Shown here one piece after another: positions 53,872-63,823 of a DNA stretch of 64,000 nt. The translations under genes were made by a program, and so were the position numbers. This DNA comes from an uncultured candidate division WWE3 bacterium (GTDB lineage Bacteria; Patescibacteriota; WWE3; UBA101185; UBA10185), in contig CAVXUZ010000005.1 in NCBI GenBank assembly GCA_963765125.1, positions 361,441 through 425,440 of the forward strand, in the 5' to 3' direction. The first letter of the stretch is position 1, and every line of letters starts with the position of its first letter. The notes beneath the pieces were generated by a model that had not been told where the DNA came from, searched no databases, and saw only the letters and a list, made by a program, of their open reading frames with translations.

Positions 53872-55566
53872 TTAGATAAAAATGGAATGCACAATGATTA
53901 GGGGTGTTCTACCTGTTTCTTTTTCTAAAAACTTTTGTACGTTCTTTTCGATTTTTATTTTTACTTCATTCCACTCTTCAATAATATTTGGGTTTTTATC
54001 CAAAACTTTATTTACAATATCTCGAGATTTGCCCAATAAAGCTTTCGATTCTTTAACGTATATAAAACCGCGAGTTACAACGTCGACCGGCCCGGCTAAT
54101 TGCCTTGATTCTTTATAAACGGGTACAACAATAACAAAAACACCGTCGGTTGATAAAAGTGCACGATCTTTCACAACAAGTGGGTTTAAACCAATTCCAT
54201 CGTAAAACATATCTTTGACCTCAATCTTTTCTCCTCTAGTTGCCACGCCGTTTTTAAATTCAACAACGGCGCCTTCGCTAAGTTCGTAAACGCTGCCCTT
54301 ATTAACACCCAAGTCATAAATCATATTCGCATAAGCTCTCATATGAATAAGTCCACCACCAATAGGTATGTAGTATTTTGGTTTGACAGTTAGCGCCATC
54401 TTCGACAGCTCTTCACGATGGCCATGCCCAGACACATGCAAATGCTCCATATTCGTATGATCGTAAACCTCAGCCCCAGCCATAATTAAATTTTCTGTCA
54501 TTCTCTCAACAGCTATATCAACACCAGGAGGGTTGGGTTCGGAAGAAAAAACAACAACGGCATCCTGCTCTAAAACAATATCTCTATGTTCTCCGCGACT
54601 AACTCTATCTAATGACGAACCTTGCTGACCAAAACATCCTGCGATTATATAAACAACCGAGTGCTGATCGTAATCTTGCGCTTCCTTTTGATCCATGTAG
54701 ACATCTTGAGGAAACTTTAAATATCCTAAATTTGTTGCAATTTTTATAGTTGAATCGATCGAACGCCCTGATGGAACTACTTTTCTCCCAGCTTTTATTG
54801 CAGCATCGATAATTTGGTGCATACGTGAAATATTTGATGAGATTGTCGTTATTAAAACCTGTCTACCTTCAAAGCGTTCAAATAACTTTGGAAATGTTTC
54901 AGACAGTGTTGATTCTGAGGCCACACCACCCGCAGAGCGAGAGCCTAAGCAGTCAGAAGCCATCATTAAAACTCCGTCTTTGCTCAATTCGGCAACTCTA
55001 TTTAAATCTAATGGCTTATCAATTACTGGGTTTTCATCAATCTTGTAATCTGCGATGTGAAGCAGCCTACCCTCAGGTGTGTCAATCACTATCCCTAAAG
55101 AATCTGGTACGGAGTGGTTAACATTAAATGCTGAAACTTTAAATACCCCAATCTGTACTGGAGGTGTAGTAGCATCAAAAAGATGAAATTTTGTTGATTC
55201 TTTGAGAGATTTGAATTCTTTTTCTTCAAACTGCTCTTTAATAAAGGCTTGAGTAAGCTTATTTGCATAAACTGGTACGTTAAATTCTTTTAATAGATAA
55301 GGAACGGCAGCAAAGTGATCCGCATGTGCGTGGCTGATAAAAAGCGCTTTAAATCTGTGTGAATTTTCTAGCAAGTACGTGTTATCGGGAATAATAAAAT
55401 CAACGCCAAAGTCATCACTTTCAGGAAAACCAATACCGTAGTCAACAGCAATCAAGTCATCGCCATACTCATAAACTGAAAGATTTTTTGTAACCCCGTC
55501 GCCAATCGCAATGAACTTTAAAACCTTATTATCAACCTGTTTATCTGTATTTGAGAAAAACGCCAT
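53872..55566 (-). CDS. rnj: Ribonuclease J
   Basis: SHAHADH, NHSVPD, HVSGH and DGVFV...TRGF. Confidence 0.92.
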   Translation of the reverse strand: MAFFSNTDKQVDNKVLKFIAIGDGVTKNLSVYEYGDDLIAVDYGIGFPESDDFGVDFIIPDNTYLLENSHRFKALFISHAHADHFAAVPYLLKEFNVPVYANKLTQAFIKEQFEEKEFKSLKESTKFHLFDATTPPVQIGVFKVSAFNVNHSVPDSLGIVIDTPEGRLLHIADYKIDENPVIDKPLDLNRVAELSKDGVLMMASDCLGSRSAGGVASESTLSETFPKLFERFEGRQVLITTISSNISRMHQIIDAAIKAGRKVVPSGRSIDSTIKIATNLGYLKFPQDVYMDQKEAQDYDQHSVVYIIAGCFGQQGSSLDRVSRGEHRDIVLEQDAVVVFSSEPNPPGVDIAVERMTENLIMAGAEVYDHTNMEHLHVSGHGHREELSKMALTVKPKYYIPIGGGLIHMRAYANMIYDLGVNKGSVYELSEGAVVEFKNGVATRGEKIEVKDMFYDGIGLNPLVVKDRALLSTDGVFVIVVPVYKESRQLAGPVDVVTRGFIYVKESKALLGKSRDIVNKVLDKNPNIIEEWNEVKIKIEKNVQKFLEKETGRTPLIIVHSIFI

Positions 55567-55581
55567 TATCTAGTAAGTCTA

Positions 55582-56199
55582 TCAGAAGAGGCTCATTTGT
55601 CCATCGTTCAAGATGGGCTCTGAGTGCTCCTGATTTAAATTATTAATACTTTCTAAAACCTTTGGAATATTCATAAAATCACTTTTTAAATCTGCAAGCA
55701 TAGTTGGATTTCTTAACCCTGCTGCCGGATGGTACACAGGGTAAATATTTCTTCCATTAATTTTTATTAAATGCCCTCTGTCTCTGGAAATTTTCCCGTC
55801 AGGGTAAAAGTAATTCATCGCGTATCTGCCTAAAGTTACAATTAGTTTTGGGTTGATGATTTTTATTTGCATAGCCAAGTACGGAGAGCACGCTGTAACC
55901 TCATCGGGCAATGGGTCACGATTTTCTGGCGGACGGTGCTTGATAATATTTCCAATCCAAACGTCGGTCCTTTTAAGTCCAATCTTTTCTAAAAGCGCAG
56001 TGAGAAGATTACCAGCGCGGCCCACAAACGGTCTCCCTGTTTCGTCCTCGGTAGCCCCAGGAGCCTCACCTATAAACATGATTTCTGTTGTGTTACTCCC
56101 CTCACCAGGCACAGGATTTTTTGCCGTCTCATATAATCTGCATTTTTTGCAAAGGGAAATATTTCTTTCAATATCAACTAAAAGTTCGGTGTTTGTCAT
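55582..56199 (-). CDS. Uracil-DNA glycosylase, family 4
   Basis: CKKCRL, GEAPG..ED.TGRPFVG.AG, RPPENR and YHPAA. Confidence 0.93.
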   Translation of the reverse strand: MTNTELLVDIERNISLCKKCRLYETAKNPVPGEGSNTTEIMFIGEAPGATEDETGRPFVGRAGNLLTALLEKIGLKRTDVWIGNIIKHRPPENRDPLPDEVTACSPYLAMQIKIINPKLIVTLGRYAMNYFYPDGKISRDRGHLIKINGRNIYPVYHPAAGLRNPTMLADLKSDFMNIPKVLESINNLNQEHSEPILNDGQMSLF

Positions 56200-56744
56200 T
56201 CAATTAAACCTAGCGTTTGTAGCGTGTTTAGAATTTTGATTGTTATTCTTCTCTTACCCTTTTGGTACATTCTATCTGCAATAAAATAGGCTTCTCTAAA
56301 CGACATCCAAAAATTCTCGTCGTAAACAGTTTTTGATAAGTCTATTTTTTCAGTTGGGGCAGTGATAACACAAAAAATATAATCTTTACCAATCATTTGA
56401 ATATCTTTACCGCTATCATCTTTCAACTCTGCCATTTCATGCCTTCCTGGTTTAAACTCCATTCTGTCTAATCCTGCATAAATGATGTTTTTAAAATCTA
56501 ATCCCGTTACAAATTCTGCACCTAATTCTTCGATTAAATTTCTTGAAAGCGCGTCGGCTATTTTTTCTTTATTGTTAATCCCACCTTGAGGTAACATCCA
56601 CAACTTATACTCTTCTTTAAAAAACATAAGAATTTTTTTATTGTGAATGACGCACGCGACAACTCCCGGCCTAAAGCCTTCGTTTCTAATTTTATTTAAT
56701 TCTTCAAGTGTTGGCTCTGTTATAGCCTTTATTTGTTCTTCCAT
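56196..56744 (-). CDS. NUDIX-fold protein, RppH-like
   Basis: W.LPQGGI...E.......RNL.EELG. Confidence 0.75.
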   Translation of the reverse strand: MEEQIKAITEPTLEELNKIRNEGFRPGVVACVIHNKKILMFFKEEYKLWMLPQGGINNKEKIADALSRNLIEELGAEFVTGLDFKNIIYAGLDRMEFKPGRHEMAELKDDSGKDIQMIGKDYIFCVITAPTEKIDLSKTVYDENFWMSFREAYFIADRMYQKGKRRITIKILNTLQTLGLIE

Positions 56745-56748
56745 AATT

Positions 56749-57843
56749 TTATTCTGGTAAATAATGCTTAAGATTCTCTGACGTCAAATGAACTTGCGTT
56801 ACTGAACCTTCAACAATCTGCTTTGCCACTTTTCTACAAATAGCCTCTAAAGTTCTTCCTAAGCTTCTGATACCGCTGTCATAACCAAAAGGTCTCACTA
56901 TACTTGGCCAGAGAGATTCATCCACTAACAACTCCCCTGGCTTTAAGCCTGAATTTTCAAAGATTTTCGGTAAAAGATAATTTTTTGCGATTACTAATTT
57001 TTCGTGATCTGTGTATGAAGGCATTTTTATTACCTCCATTCTGTCCATTAACGCTGCAGAAATTGTACCAACGTTGTTTGCCGAACAAATAAAAAGCACC
57101 TGCGACAAATCAACTGGAAAATCAACGTAATGATCCCTAAATTCATGGTTTTGGTTAGGATCCAATATTTCGAGCAAAATTGCCATTACGTCACTTAACA
57201 AACCTTTTTCTCCGCTCGCCTTTTCAATTTCGTCTAACAAAATTACAGGGTTCATAACTTGGGTTTTTAACAAAGCTTTAACGATTTGACCAGGTTCAGC
57301 TTCGGGATAAGTTTTACTTTTACCTCTTAATTCTAATGTTGAGCCAATTCCTCCCATGGCAATTCTTACAAACTGTCTACCTAAAGCCTTAGCAATAGAG
57401 ATCGCAAGAGTGGTTTTACCTACACCTTGCAAACCTGTAAAAAGCAATACGGGAGTTTTTGCAAACATGTCACCGCCGCGATCTTTAATCAAGATGAGCG
57501 TTGAAAGATATTCTAAAATTCTTTCTTTAACATAGTCCATCCCGTAATGAGAAGCGTCGAGCAAACCACGGGCCTCTTTTAAATCGAGTTTATCAACCGT
57601 TGATTTACTCCAAGGAATTTTTGCAACAGTCTCAACATAGCGTGAAATATTATCAAACTCAGAAGAGTAATGACCAAGTTGTGCCATCCTATTCAACCTT
57701 CTGAGCATCTGCCTTAGTCTATCTTCAAGAAGGGGAGGAACGCCGGCTATTTCATCTACAGTTTTTGAGAGAGCAACGAGCTCTTCAAAAATGAAGTCGT
57801 CGTTTGAAGCTACTGATTGTTCTTTATAGTCTTGATTACTCAT
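56749..57843 (-). CDS. Lon-type AAA+ ATPase lacking the N-terminal and protease domains
   Basis: IPW, LD.SHYGM..VKERILEYL, GLQGVGKT, NPVILLDEIEK, LDPNQN..F.DHY...DLS.V and LMDRME. Confidence 0.88.
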   Translation of the reverse strand: MSNQDYKEQSVASNDDFIFEELVALSKTVDEIAGVPPLLEDRLRQMLRRLNRMAQLGHYSSEFDNISRYVETVAKIPWSKSTVDKLDLKEARGLLDASHYGMDYVKERILEYLSTLILIKDRGGDMFAKTPVLLFTGLQGVGKTTLAISIAKALGRQFVRIAMGGIGSTLELRGKSKTYPEAEPGQIVKALLKTQVMNPVILLDEIEKASGEKGLLSDVMAILLEILDPNQNHEFRDHYVDFPVDLSQVLFICSANNVGTISAALMDRMEVIKMPSYTDHEKLVIAKNYLLPKIFENSGLKPGELLVDESLWPSIVRPFGYDSGIRSLGRTLEAICRKVAKQIVEGSVTQVHLTSENLKHYLPE

Positions 57844-58870
57844 TTTTTCTTATTACAAACTTATCTAATTTCTTTGAAATTGGCTCCTCTAGCATTTTAA
57901 CAACCTCATCAGAAGGATTAAAGGACATCATTAAATTGTAGATGTTTTCTGGTGCTACATTAAATATCATCATAACTAGCTGGCCGTCTGGAGGTAAAAA
58001 GGCAGAAAAGCTACTATATTTTTGGTTATGTGTAATATTTTTTGCTGCACCTTGAGCTGATTTGTTTATCGCATCAAAAAATGCCTCGTATTTGGTGATA
58101 ATGACGATATTTTCAACTAATTCCAACTGATAATCACCATCCTGAAGCTTTACTTTTACAAAGTCATCTTCGACGACACTGCTTGGTTCCTCAGTTGTTT
58201 CTTTTACATCTAGTACTTCCTCGGTTCCATCCTCTAAAATTGCGTCCTTAGCCTCTTTCAGTACAGAGTTAACTTCAAGGGCTTGCGCCTCATCGGGGTA
58301 AACTTCTGCAATAAGCGCGTATTGCCAACCGTTTTCAACCATTTTTCCGTAAATTGCAAACCTATCGTTTAGTGTAATACCAAATCTTTCTTTAACATTG
58401 AGTTGTTGGTCATCTTGCGCATTAAATTTTGTTAAAAATTCATCAAAATTGCTACCCTCAACAAAAAAATCTGCATCCTCAGGGACAAAACGAGTGAGTT
58501 CTTTTATTCCAAAAACAAAATTAGCATCCTTAAGCCCTGCGTCAATTGTATTATTGTAAATAATCCTTTTTGTCTGCACTGGCTGGTCAATTGCTTTTTT
58601 CTTTTGTGCGGCGACAAGCTTCGTCAGAAAAATTGCTAATAGCGAAATTAGAACAAATCCAGCAATAATCACCAAAGCGATTTTTACATTTTTGTTAAAA
58701 GAAAACTCAAACTTAATTTTTTTCTTGTTTGGTGAAAATCTAGATTTTTTTGGATTAAAAGAAGCCGTATGTAAAACTAAATAGTCATCAAGCTTATAAC
58801 CACAATTAGAACAAAAGTAGTTATCGCTATCTTTTAGTGAAACATTACAATGTGGGCAGATTCTCTTCAT
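57836..58870 (-). CDS. Zinc-ribbon single-TM hypothetical protein
   Basis: CPHC...FCSNCG at the N-terminus followed by one TM. Confidence 0.7.
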   Translation of the reverse strand: MKRICPHCNVSLKDSDNYFCSNCGYKLDDYLVLHTASFNPKKSRFSPNKKKIKFEFSFNKNVKIALVIIAGFVLISLLAIFLTKLVAAQKKKAIDQPVQTKRIIYNNTIDAGLKDANFVFGIKELTRFVPEDADFFVEGSNFDEFLTKFNAQDDQQLNVKERFGITLNDRFAIYGKMVENGWQYALIAEVYPDEAQALEVNSVLKEAKDAILEDGTEEVLDVKETTEEPSSVVEDDFVKVKLQDGDYQLELVENIVIITKYEAFFDAINKSAQGAAKNITHNQKYSSFSAFLPPDGQLVMMIFNVAPENIYNLMMSFNPSDEVVKMLEEPISKKLDKFVIRKNE

Positions 58871-58886
58871 CTACAAAATTTTACCA

Positions 58887-61118
58887 TCAATTTTGCCTAT
58901 TGTTATATCTTTGTGGTCGATCTCCACGGTCACCTCTTGGGCCATGACCGCCTCTACCACTTCGATCGTTTGGTCTTCCACCAAACCTAGGTCTTGGCTC
59001 TCGGTGCTGATCAGCACCTTCTTCTAATATTTTCTTTGAAAGACTGATCTTACCGTCTCTTGAAACCTCGAGAACTTTAACCTTAACGGTGTCTCCTGCT
59101 TTTAGAAACTTGCTTGCATCGTCAACATATTCATTAGATATTTCGCTTATGTGAAGAAGTCCATTTTTTCCTGGAAGAATTTCTACGAAAGCGCCAAATT
59201 CTACTACTTCTTCGACAACACCGTCGTATATTTCGCCAGGCTCAATGTCTTTTACAAGATTTGCAACAATGCTCGCTGCTTTTTCGACATTCTCTTTGAT
59301 TATGCCTGATACAACAACTGTTCCATCGTCGTCAATCGCAATCTCTGTGTTTGTCTTTTCTTGAATTTCTTTTATTGTCTTTCCACCTGAACCGATAACT
59401 AATCCAATTTTATCTGGGCTAATCATTACGGTTGCTGATTTTGGAGCATAGACTGAAACTTCTGCGCGTGGCTTAGAAATTGTGGCTTCCATAACATCCA
59501 AAACATGTGCGCGTCCTTCTTTAGACTGTTCAATTATTTTTGGTAAAAGTTCAAAAGGTATACCTTTCGACTTCATATCACATTGAATTGCGGTCACACC
59601 TGTTCTAGTACCTGTCATTTTAAAGTCGAGAAGTCCAAATGCGTCTTCCATATAGGCAAGGTCGGTCATTATTAAATGCTTTTTAAAGCCCTCGTCTGCT
59701 ATTAAACCAACGCCAATTCCTGCAACCATATCTTTAATAGGTACACCAGCGTCCATTAACGCGAGTGTTGAACCACATGTTGACGCCATTGAAGTTGAGC
59801 CACTAGATGACATAGTTTCAGAAACCAGCAATATCATGTAAGGAAAGTCCTTTTGTGAAGGTATAACTGGTCTTAAACCATTTTCTGCGATCATCCCATG
59901 ACCGATTTCTCGATTTTTTGGGTATCCAATCTTACCTGTTTCTCCACTCGAGAAAGGAGGAAAATTGTAGTAATGTAAAAATTTCTTTGAAGACTCGCCG
60001 TACATATCTTGTACGAGTAATTCGCTCGAAGGAGAACCTAGGGTGGCAATTGTCATTACCTGCGTAAGTCCTCTTGAAAAAAGCGCGCTTCCGTGAGTTC
60101 TTGGTAAAACACCTACTTCTGCTGAAAGCGGTCTTATTTCTTTAATTTCTCTTCCATCTGGGCGTTTTCCCGTCTCGAGAATCATACTTTGCATAGTATA
60201 CTTCTTTATTAGTTCGACGACAGACAACATATCTACTTTTTTGTACTTTCCTTCAAGACCTGTGGTTACTTCTTCATTAATTTGTGAGAGTAAAAGTTGC
60301 ATCTCATCTTTATCGAGATTTTTTTGCATTGCTTCTTTTATTCTTGCGCCAGCAATTTTTTCAACATCGTTGTAGATTTCTTCACTTGGTTTTGTTGATG
60401 TGTAAGTATATTTTTCATTATTAGGATTTACTTCTTTAGCAAAGTCGTTGATAAAGTCAAAAAGTGGTCCTGTGTTTTCTCTTGCGAAATCAACAGCAGC
60501 CATAATTTTCTCTTCGGGTAATATGTTAGCTTCAGCTTCTAATGCTAAGAAGCGTCTATCATCACCAACAAAAGAAACTATCATATCAAGTTCGCTCTTA
60601 TTATGAAGAACATCTTTGCTAGGGCAAAGCGCGAAATTGCCATCAACGTAACCCAATCTTATTGAGGCCATAGGCCCAGCCCATGGAATATTAGAAGCAT
60701 GAAACGCAGCTGAAGCCGCGATCATACTTAAAAATCTTGGGTCAGCGTCCTGATCAAGTGATAAAACAGTTACTACTAACTGAACTTCATCGCTAAAGTC
60801 GCTTGGAAACAAAGGTCGAACAGCGTGGTCAATAACACGCCCTGCAATAATTGCATCGTCTGAACCTTTACCATCTCTTTTTTGGAATCTGGAATTTTTT
60901 ATTAAACCACCAGCATAGTACTTTTCAAGATATACGATATTGAGAGGAAAATAATCGCTCTCTGGATCGTATCCACCTGAAACTACCGTTACGAGAAGTA
61001 CAGTATCACCATAAGTGGCTTTTACTGACATGTTTGTCATCGTTGCGAGCTTTCCTGTTTCCAACGTTAATTTTCGACCTGCAAACTCAATCTCTTTATA
61101 TATTATATTTTTATTCAT
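58887..61118 (-). CDS. pnp: Polyribonucleotide nucleotidyltransferase
   Basis: RPDGR, HGSALF.RG.TQ, REIGHG, DFK..GT..G.TA.Q.D, plus KH and S1 domains. Confidence 0.97.
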   Translation of the reverse strand: MNKNIIYKEIEFAGRKLTLETGKLATMTNMSVKATYGDTVLLVTVVSGGYDPESDYFPLNIVYLEKYYAGGLIKNSRFQKRDGKGSDDAIIAGRVIDHAVRPLFPSDFSDEVQLVVTVLSLDQDADPRFLSMIAASAAFHASNIPWAGPMASIRLGYVDGNFALCPSKDVLHNKSELDMIVSFVGDDRRFLALEAEANILPEEKIMAAVDFARENTGPLFDFINDFAKEVNPNNEKYTYTSTKPSEEIYNDVEKIAGARIKEAMQKNLDKDEMQLLLSQINEEVTTGLEGKYKKVDMLSVVELIKKYTMQSMILETGKRPDGREIKEIRPLSAEVGVLPRTHGSALFSRGLTQVMTIATLGSPSSELLVQDMYGESSKKFLHYYNFPPFSSGETGKIGYPKNREIGHGMIAENGLRPVIPSQKDFPYMILLVSETMSSSGSTSMASTCGSTLALMDAGVPIKDMVAGIGVGLIADEGFKKHLIMTDLAYMEDAFGLLDFKMTGTRTGVTAIQCDMKSKGIPFELLPKIIEQSKEGRAHVLDVMEATISKPRAEVSVYAPKSATVMISPDKIGLVIGSGGKTIKEIQEKTNTEIAIDDDGTVVVSGIIKENVEKAASIVANLVKDIEPGEIYDGVVEEVVEFGAFVEILPGKNGLLHISEISNEYVDDASKFLKAGDTVKVKVLEVSRDGKISLSKKILEEGADQHREPRPRFGGRPNDRSGRGGHGPRGDRGDRPQRYNNRQN

Positions 61119-61130
61119 TTTTTTATTTTT

Positions 61131-61225
61131 GGGATACTAAGCAGTAGACGATTAAGAACTGAGATATTTCTTACGAAAAATCATAAAGAATATTCCATTT
61201 CCTAATCTCTTGTACAAATTCTCCC
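61131..61225 (-). promoter_or_regulatory. Long imperfect hairpin in the rpsO-pnp spacer
   Basis: GATTAGGAA/TTCTTAATC enclosing TTCTTTATGA-TTTT-TCGTAAGAA; outer GGGA/TCCC. Confidence 0.5.
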
Positions 61226-61235
61226 GACTAATTAA

Positions 61236-61505
61236 TTACTTGTTAATGTCCAACTTTTCGAGAAGACTATTATATCTCTCCTCGTCTTTACGCTTTAGAT
61301 AAGCCATAAGTCTTCTTCTTTTATTTACCATCTGTAAAAGACCTCTTCTAGAGTGATTGTCCTTTTTGTGTTTTTTGAGATGGTCAGAAAGCGAAGCTAT
61401 TTTTTCGCTTAGCAAACTAATTTGGACCTCAGGCGAACCAGTATCACTTGCGTGTACCTGTGTATCCTTTATTATCTTTTGCTTTTTATCTTTATCTAGC
61501 GCCAT
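61236..61505 (-). CDS. rpsO: 30S ribosomal protein S15
   Basis: DTGSPEVQ and [12 protein letters not shown]. Confidence 0.98.
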   Translation of the reverse strand: MALDKDKKQKIIKDTQVHASDTGSPEVQISLLSEKIASLSDHLKKHKKDNHSRRGLLQMVNKRRRLMAYLKRKDEERYNSLLEKLDINK

Positions 61506-61552
61506 AATCATTGTACATCTTACCAAACTAAGCCCACTAAATCAACCTCCAA

Positions 61553-62215
61553 TTAGTCCCTATGTTGCGGTTCTTTTAGTGTTATTCCCTTCAATATAGC
61601 CTTTGCAGCTCTCTCGCTTGGTTTTATTCCCCATCTTGGTGCTCTTTGCAAAACTAGTAAACTTAAGCTGGCTGCATCGTGCTCAATTGCGTTTATAAAG
61701 CCAAATCTTTCGTTTGCACCTGAATTATCGATGTTTACTATTCTAGAAAGCTTGGAATTTGAATCCAACATCTCATAAGAAGAGCCTAAATCTTCAATCG
61801 ACTGCGCACCAACTCCAAAGATTAGATCAAAGTCGTACCCTGTAATTTTTGCGGTTACACGCAAATCTTTTTCAAAATCTGCGGGAATTGGTTGAATTTT
61901 TAGAGTAAGAACCCCGTCGTCAGTGTTGTAATGTACTTTTGAAGCATCGGTGTCAGCATAATCTATTGAAACCACTAAACTCCTGTCGCCGATGTCTTTT
62001 GTAACAAGCTCATCTTTTATTATTCCCTCTGTGTCTTTTGGCTGTTTTCCTGGGTAGATGAGGGTTACATTCTTTTCTTGCTCCTTTAACATATAGTAAA
62101 GAGCCACGCTTGCACAAAATGCGTCTGCCCCAGCAACCTTCGAAGGTATGATTGCAATGTTATTCGACTCCTCAATTAAAGACTGGACTCTGTCTTTGTG
62201 ATTTTCTTCTTTCAT
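61553..62215 (-). CDS. Degenerate DHH/NrnA-like N-terminal domain protein
   Basis: IAII....GADA..SVAL and IVNIDNS..NERFG.IN; located between infB and rpsO. Confidence 0.6.
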   Translation of the reverse strand: MKEENHKDRVQSLIEESNNIAIIPSKVAGADAFCASVALYYMLKEQEKNVTLIYPGKQPKDTEGIIKDELVTKDIGDRSLVVSIDYADTDASKVHYNTDDGVLTLKIQPIPADFEKDLRVTAKITGYDFDLIFGVGAQSIEDLGSSYEMLDSNSKLSRIVNIDNSGANERFGFINAIEHDAASLSLLVLQRAPRWGIKPSERAAKAILKGITLKEPQHRD

Positions 62216-62262
62216 AGATAGATTTTGGGCGGGTTATTTATACTTTAATTTTTTACTTTGGG

Positions 62263-62291
62263 ATTATACCGTAACAACCCTATAGCGTCAA
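62263..62291 (-). promoter_or_regulatory. Near-consensus sigma70 promoter
   Basis: TTGACG-17 nt-TATAAT. Confidence 0.75.
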
Positions 62292-62308
62292 CCTCGGGGG
62301 TTACATTC

Positions 62309-63799
62309 TTACAAAACCTCGATCCACATCTCTTTTTGAACGTCCTCAAACTGCGGTCTGATCAACAATCCGCACTCTTTTCCTTTGCCTATATCTTCAA
62401 CTTCATCCTTCTCAACTTTAATTTTCTTGATTGCACCCATATACAGTGCCTCTGATCTTATGTCTTTTACATCAGCAGGGTTCTTATCAAAGATAGCAAT
62501 GCGGTTTTTTTCCTTTAATCGGCCTAATTCAACATTGCAACCTAGTATTCTGTCCCCTGATTCAAGCTTAAATATCTTTATTATTTGAGCGCGTCCTTTT
62601 ACCTTTTTCTCTTCAGACAACGCAGTGCCCTCAAGAAGATTGCTAACCTCGTCGATTAAGTCGTAGATTGTGCTGTAGGACCTCACAACTACCCCAGATT
62701 CTCTTGCTAAGTCGTTGATAAAACTCGAAACCTTAACATTAAAACCCAAAACCAAACCGTCACCGCTTTGTGCTAGAGCAATATCTGAGTCAGTAACTTC
62801 TCCTGTGGATGTAAGCAAGAATTTGATAGAAAAGGTTAGGCCAGCCCCAGATGTTAGCAACTCTGCCAAACTCGCCTTTACCGCCTCTAAGGTACCTTGG
62901 GTGTCAGCTTTAAGCACTATTGAAACAACTTTACTTGTATCCTTGCCGATTATCTCTTCTCTCGTTTCGTCGAGGGCTAAAGATGCGAGTTCGCTTCCTT
63001 CTTGGACTATTAAATCACCAACATTTGGAACTTCTTTAAACCCTGTGATTTCAATCGGTGTGCTTGGAACAGCCTCTTGTAAGAGTCTACCTTTATCATC
63101 CATCATAGATCTAATCTTTGCTGTATGCCCACTCGCAGTTACCTTATCACCAACATGCAGTGTTCCTGCTTTTATTATGCAGGTCACAACTACACCTTTT
63201 TTTACATCTTTTTTTGACTCAATAATGGTTCCTTCGATTTCTGCGTCTGGGAGATCCCTAAGTTCTAATAATTCAGCAACAGCTAGTATCGCGTCGAGAA
63301 GCTTGTCGAGATTTGTTTTTTGTTTTGCTGAGACTTCAATACAAACTATGTTTCCACCCCAATCCTCAACCAATATATTTTCTTGAGCGAGCTGCTGTTT
63401 TGCTTTTTGGGTATCTGCTGCAGGTAAATCAATTTTGTTTACAACAACAATAATCTGGGCACCTGATGCTTTTGCGTGTGCTATTGCCTCTCTTGTTTGT
63501 GGCTGAACACCTGAATCGGCTGCCACTACAAGTACAACAATATCTGCAACTCTGCCACCTCTTGCACGCATTTGAGAAAACGCTGCATGTCCTGGTGTAT
63601 CAATAAATGTAATTTTTTGGTTATTATGGATAATTTGGTAAGCGCCAATATGCTGAGTAATTCCTCCGTATTCGCCTAGCTGTACTTTGGTGTTTCTTAT
63701 TGCGTCGAGAATACTGGTTTTACCATGATCAACATGGCCCATGACCGTGACAATTGGAGGTCTATATTCATGTGTTTCAGTATTTTTTTTGTTTTGCAT
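62309..63799 (-). CDS. infB: Translation initiation factor IF-2, short form without the N-terminal domain
   Basis: [39 protein letters not shown] and GKECG. Confidence 0.97.
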   Translation of the reverse strand: MQNKKNTETHEYRPPIVTVMGHVDHGKTSILDAIRNTKVQLGEYGGITQHIGAYQIIHNNQKITFIDTPGHAAFSQMRARGGRVADIVVLVVAADSGVQPQTREAIAHAKASGAQIIVVVNKIDLPAADTQKAKQQLAQENILVEDWGGNIVCIEVSAKQKTNLDKLLDAILAVAELLELRDLPDAEIEGTIIESKKDVKKGVVVTCIIKAGTLHVGDKVTASGHTAKIRSMMDDKGRLLQEAVPSTPIEITGFKEVPNVGDLIVQEGSELASLALDETREEIIGKDTSKVVSIVLKADTQGTLEAVKASLAELLTSGAGLTFSIKFLLTSTGEVTDSDIALAQSGDGLVLGFNVKVSSFINDLARESGVVVRSYSTIYDLIDEVSNLLEGTALSEEKKVKGRAQIIKIFKLESGDRILGCNVELGRLKEKNRIAIFDKNPADVKDIRSEALYMGAIKKIKVEKDEVEDIGKGKECGLLIRPQFEDVQKEMWIEVL

Positions 63800-63823
63800 A
63801 GCTTTCCTATATAAGCCATTTTA

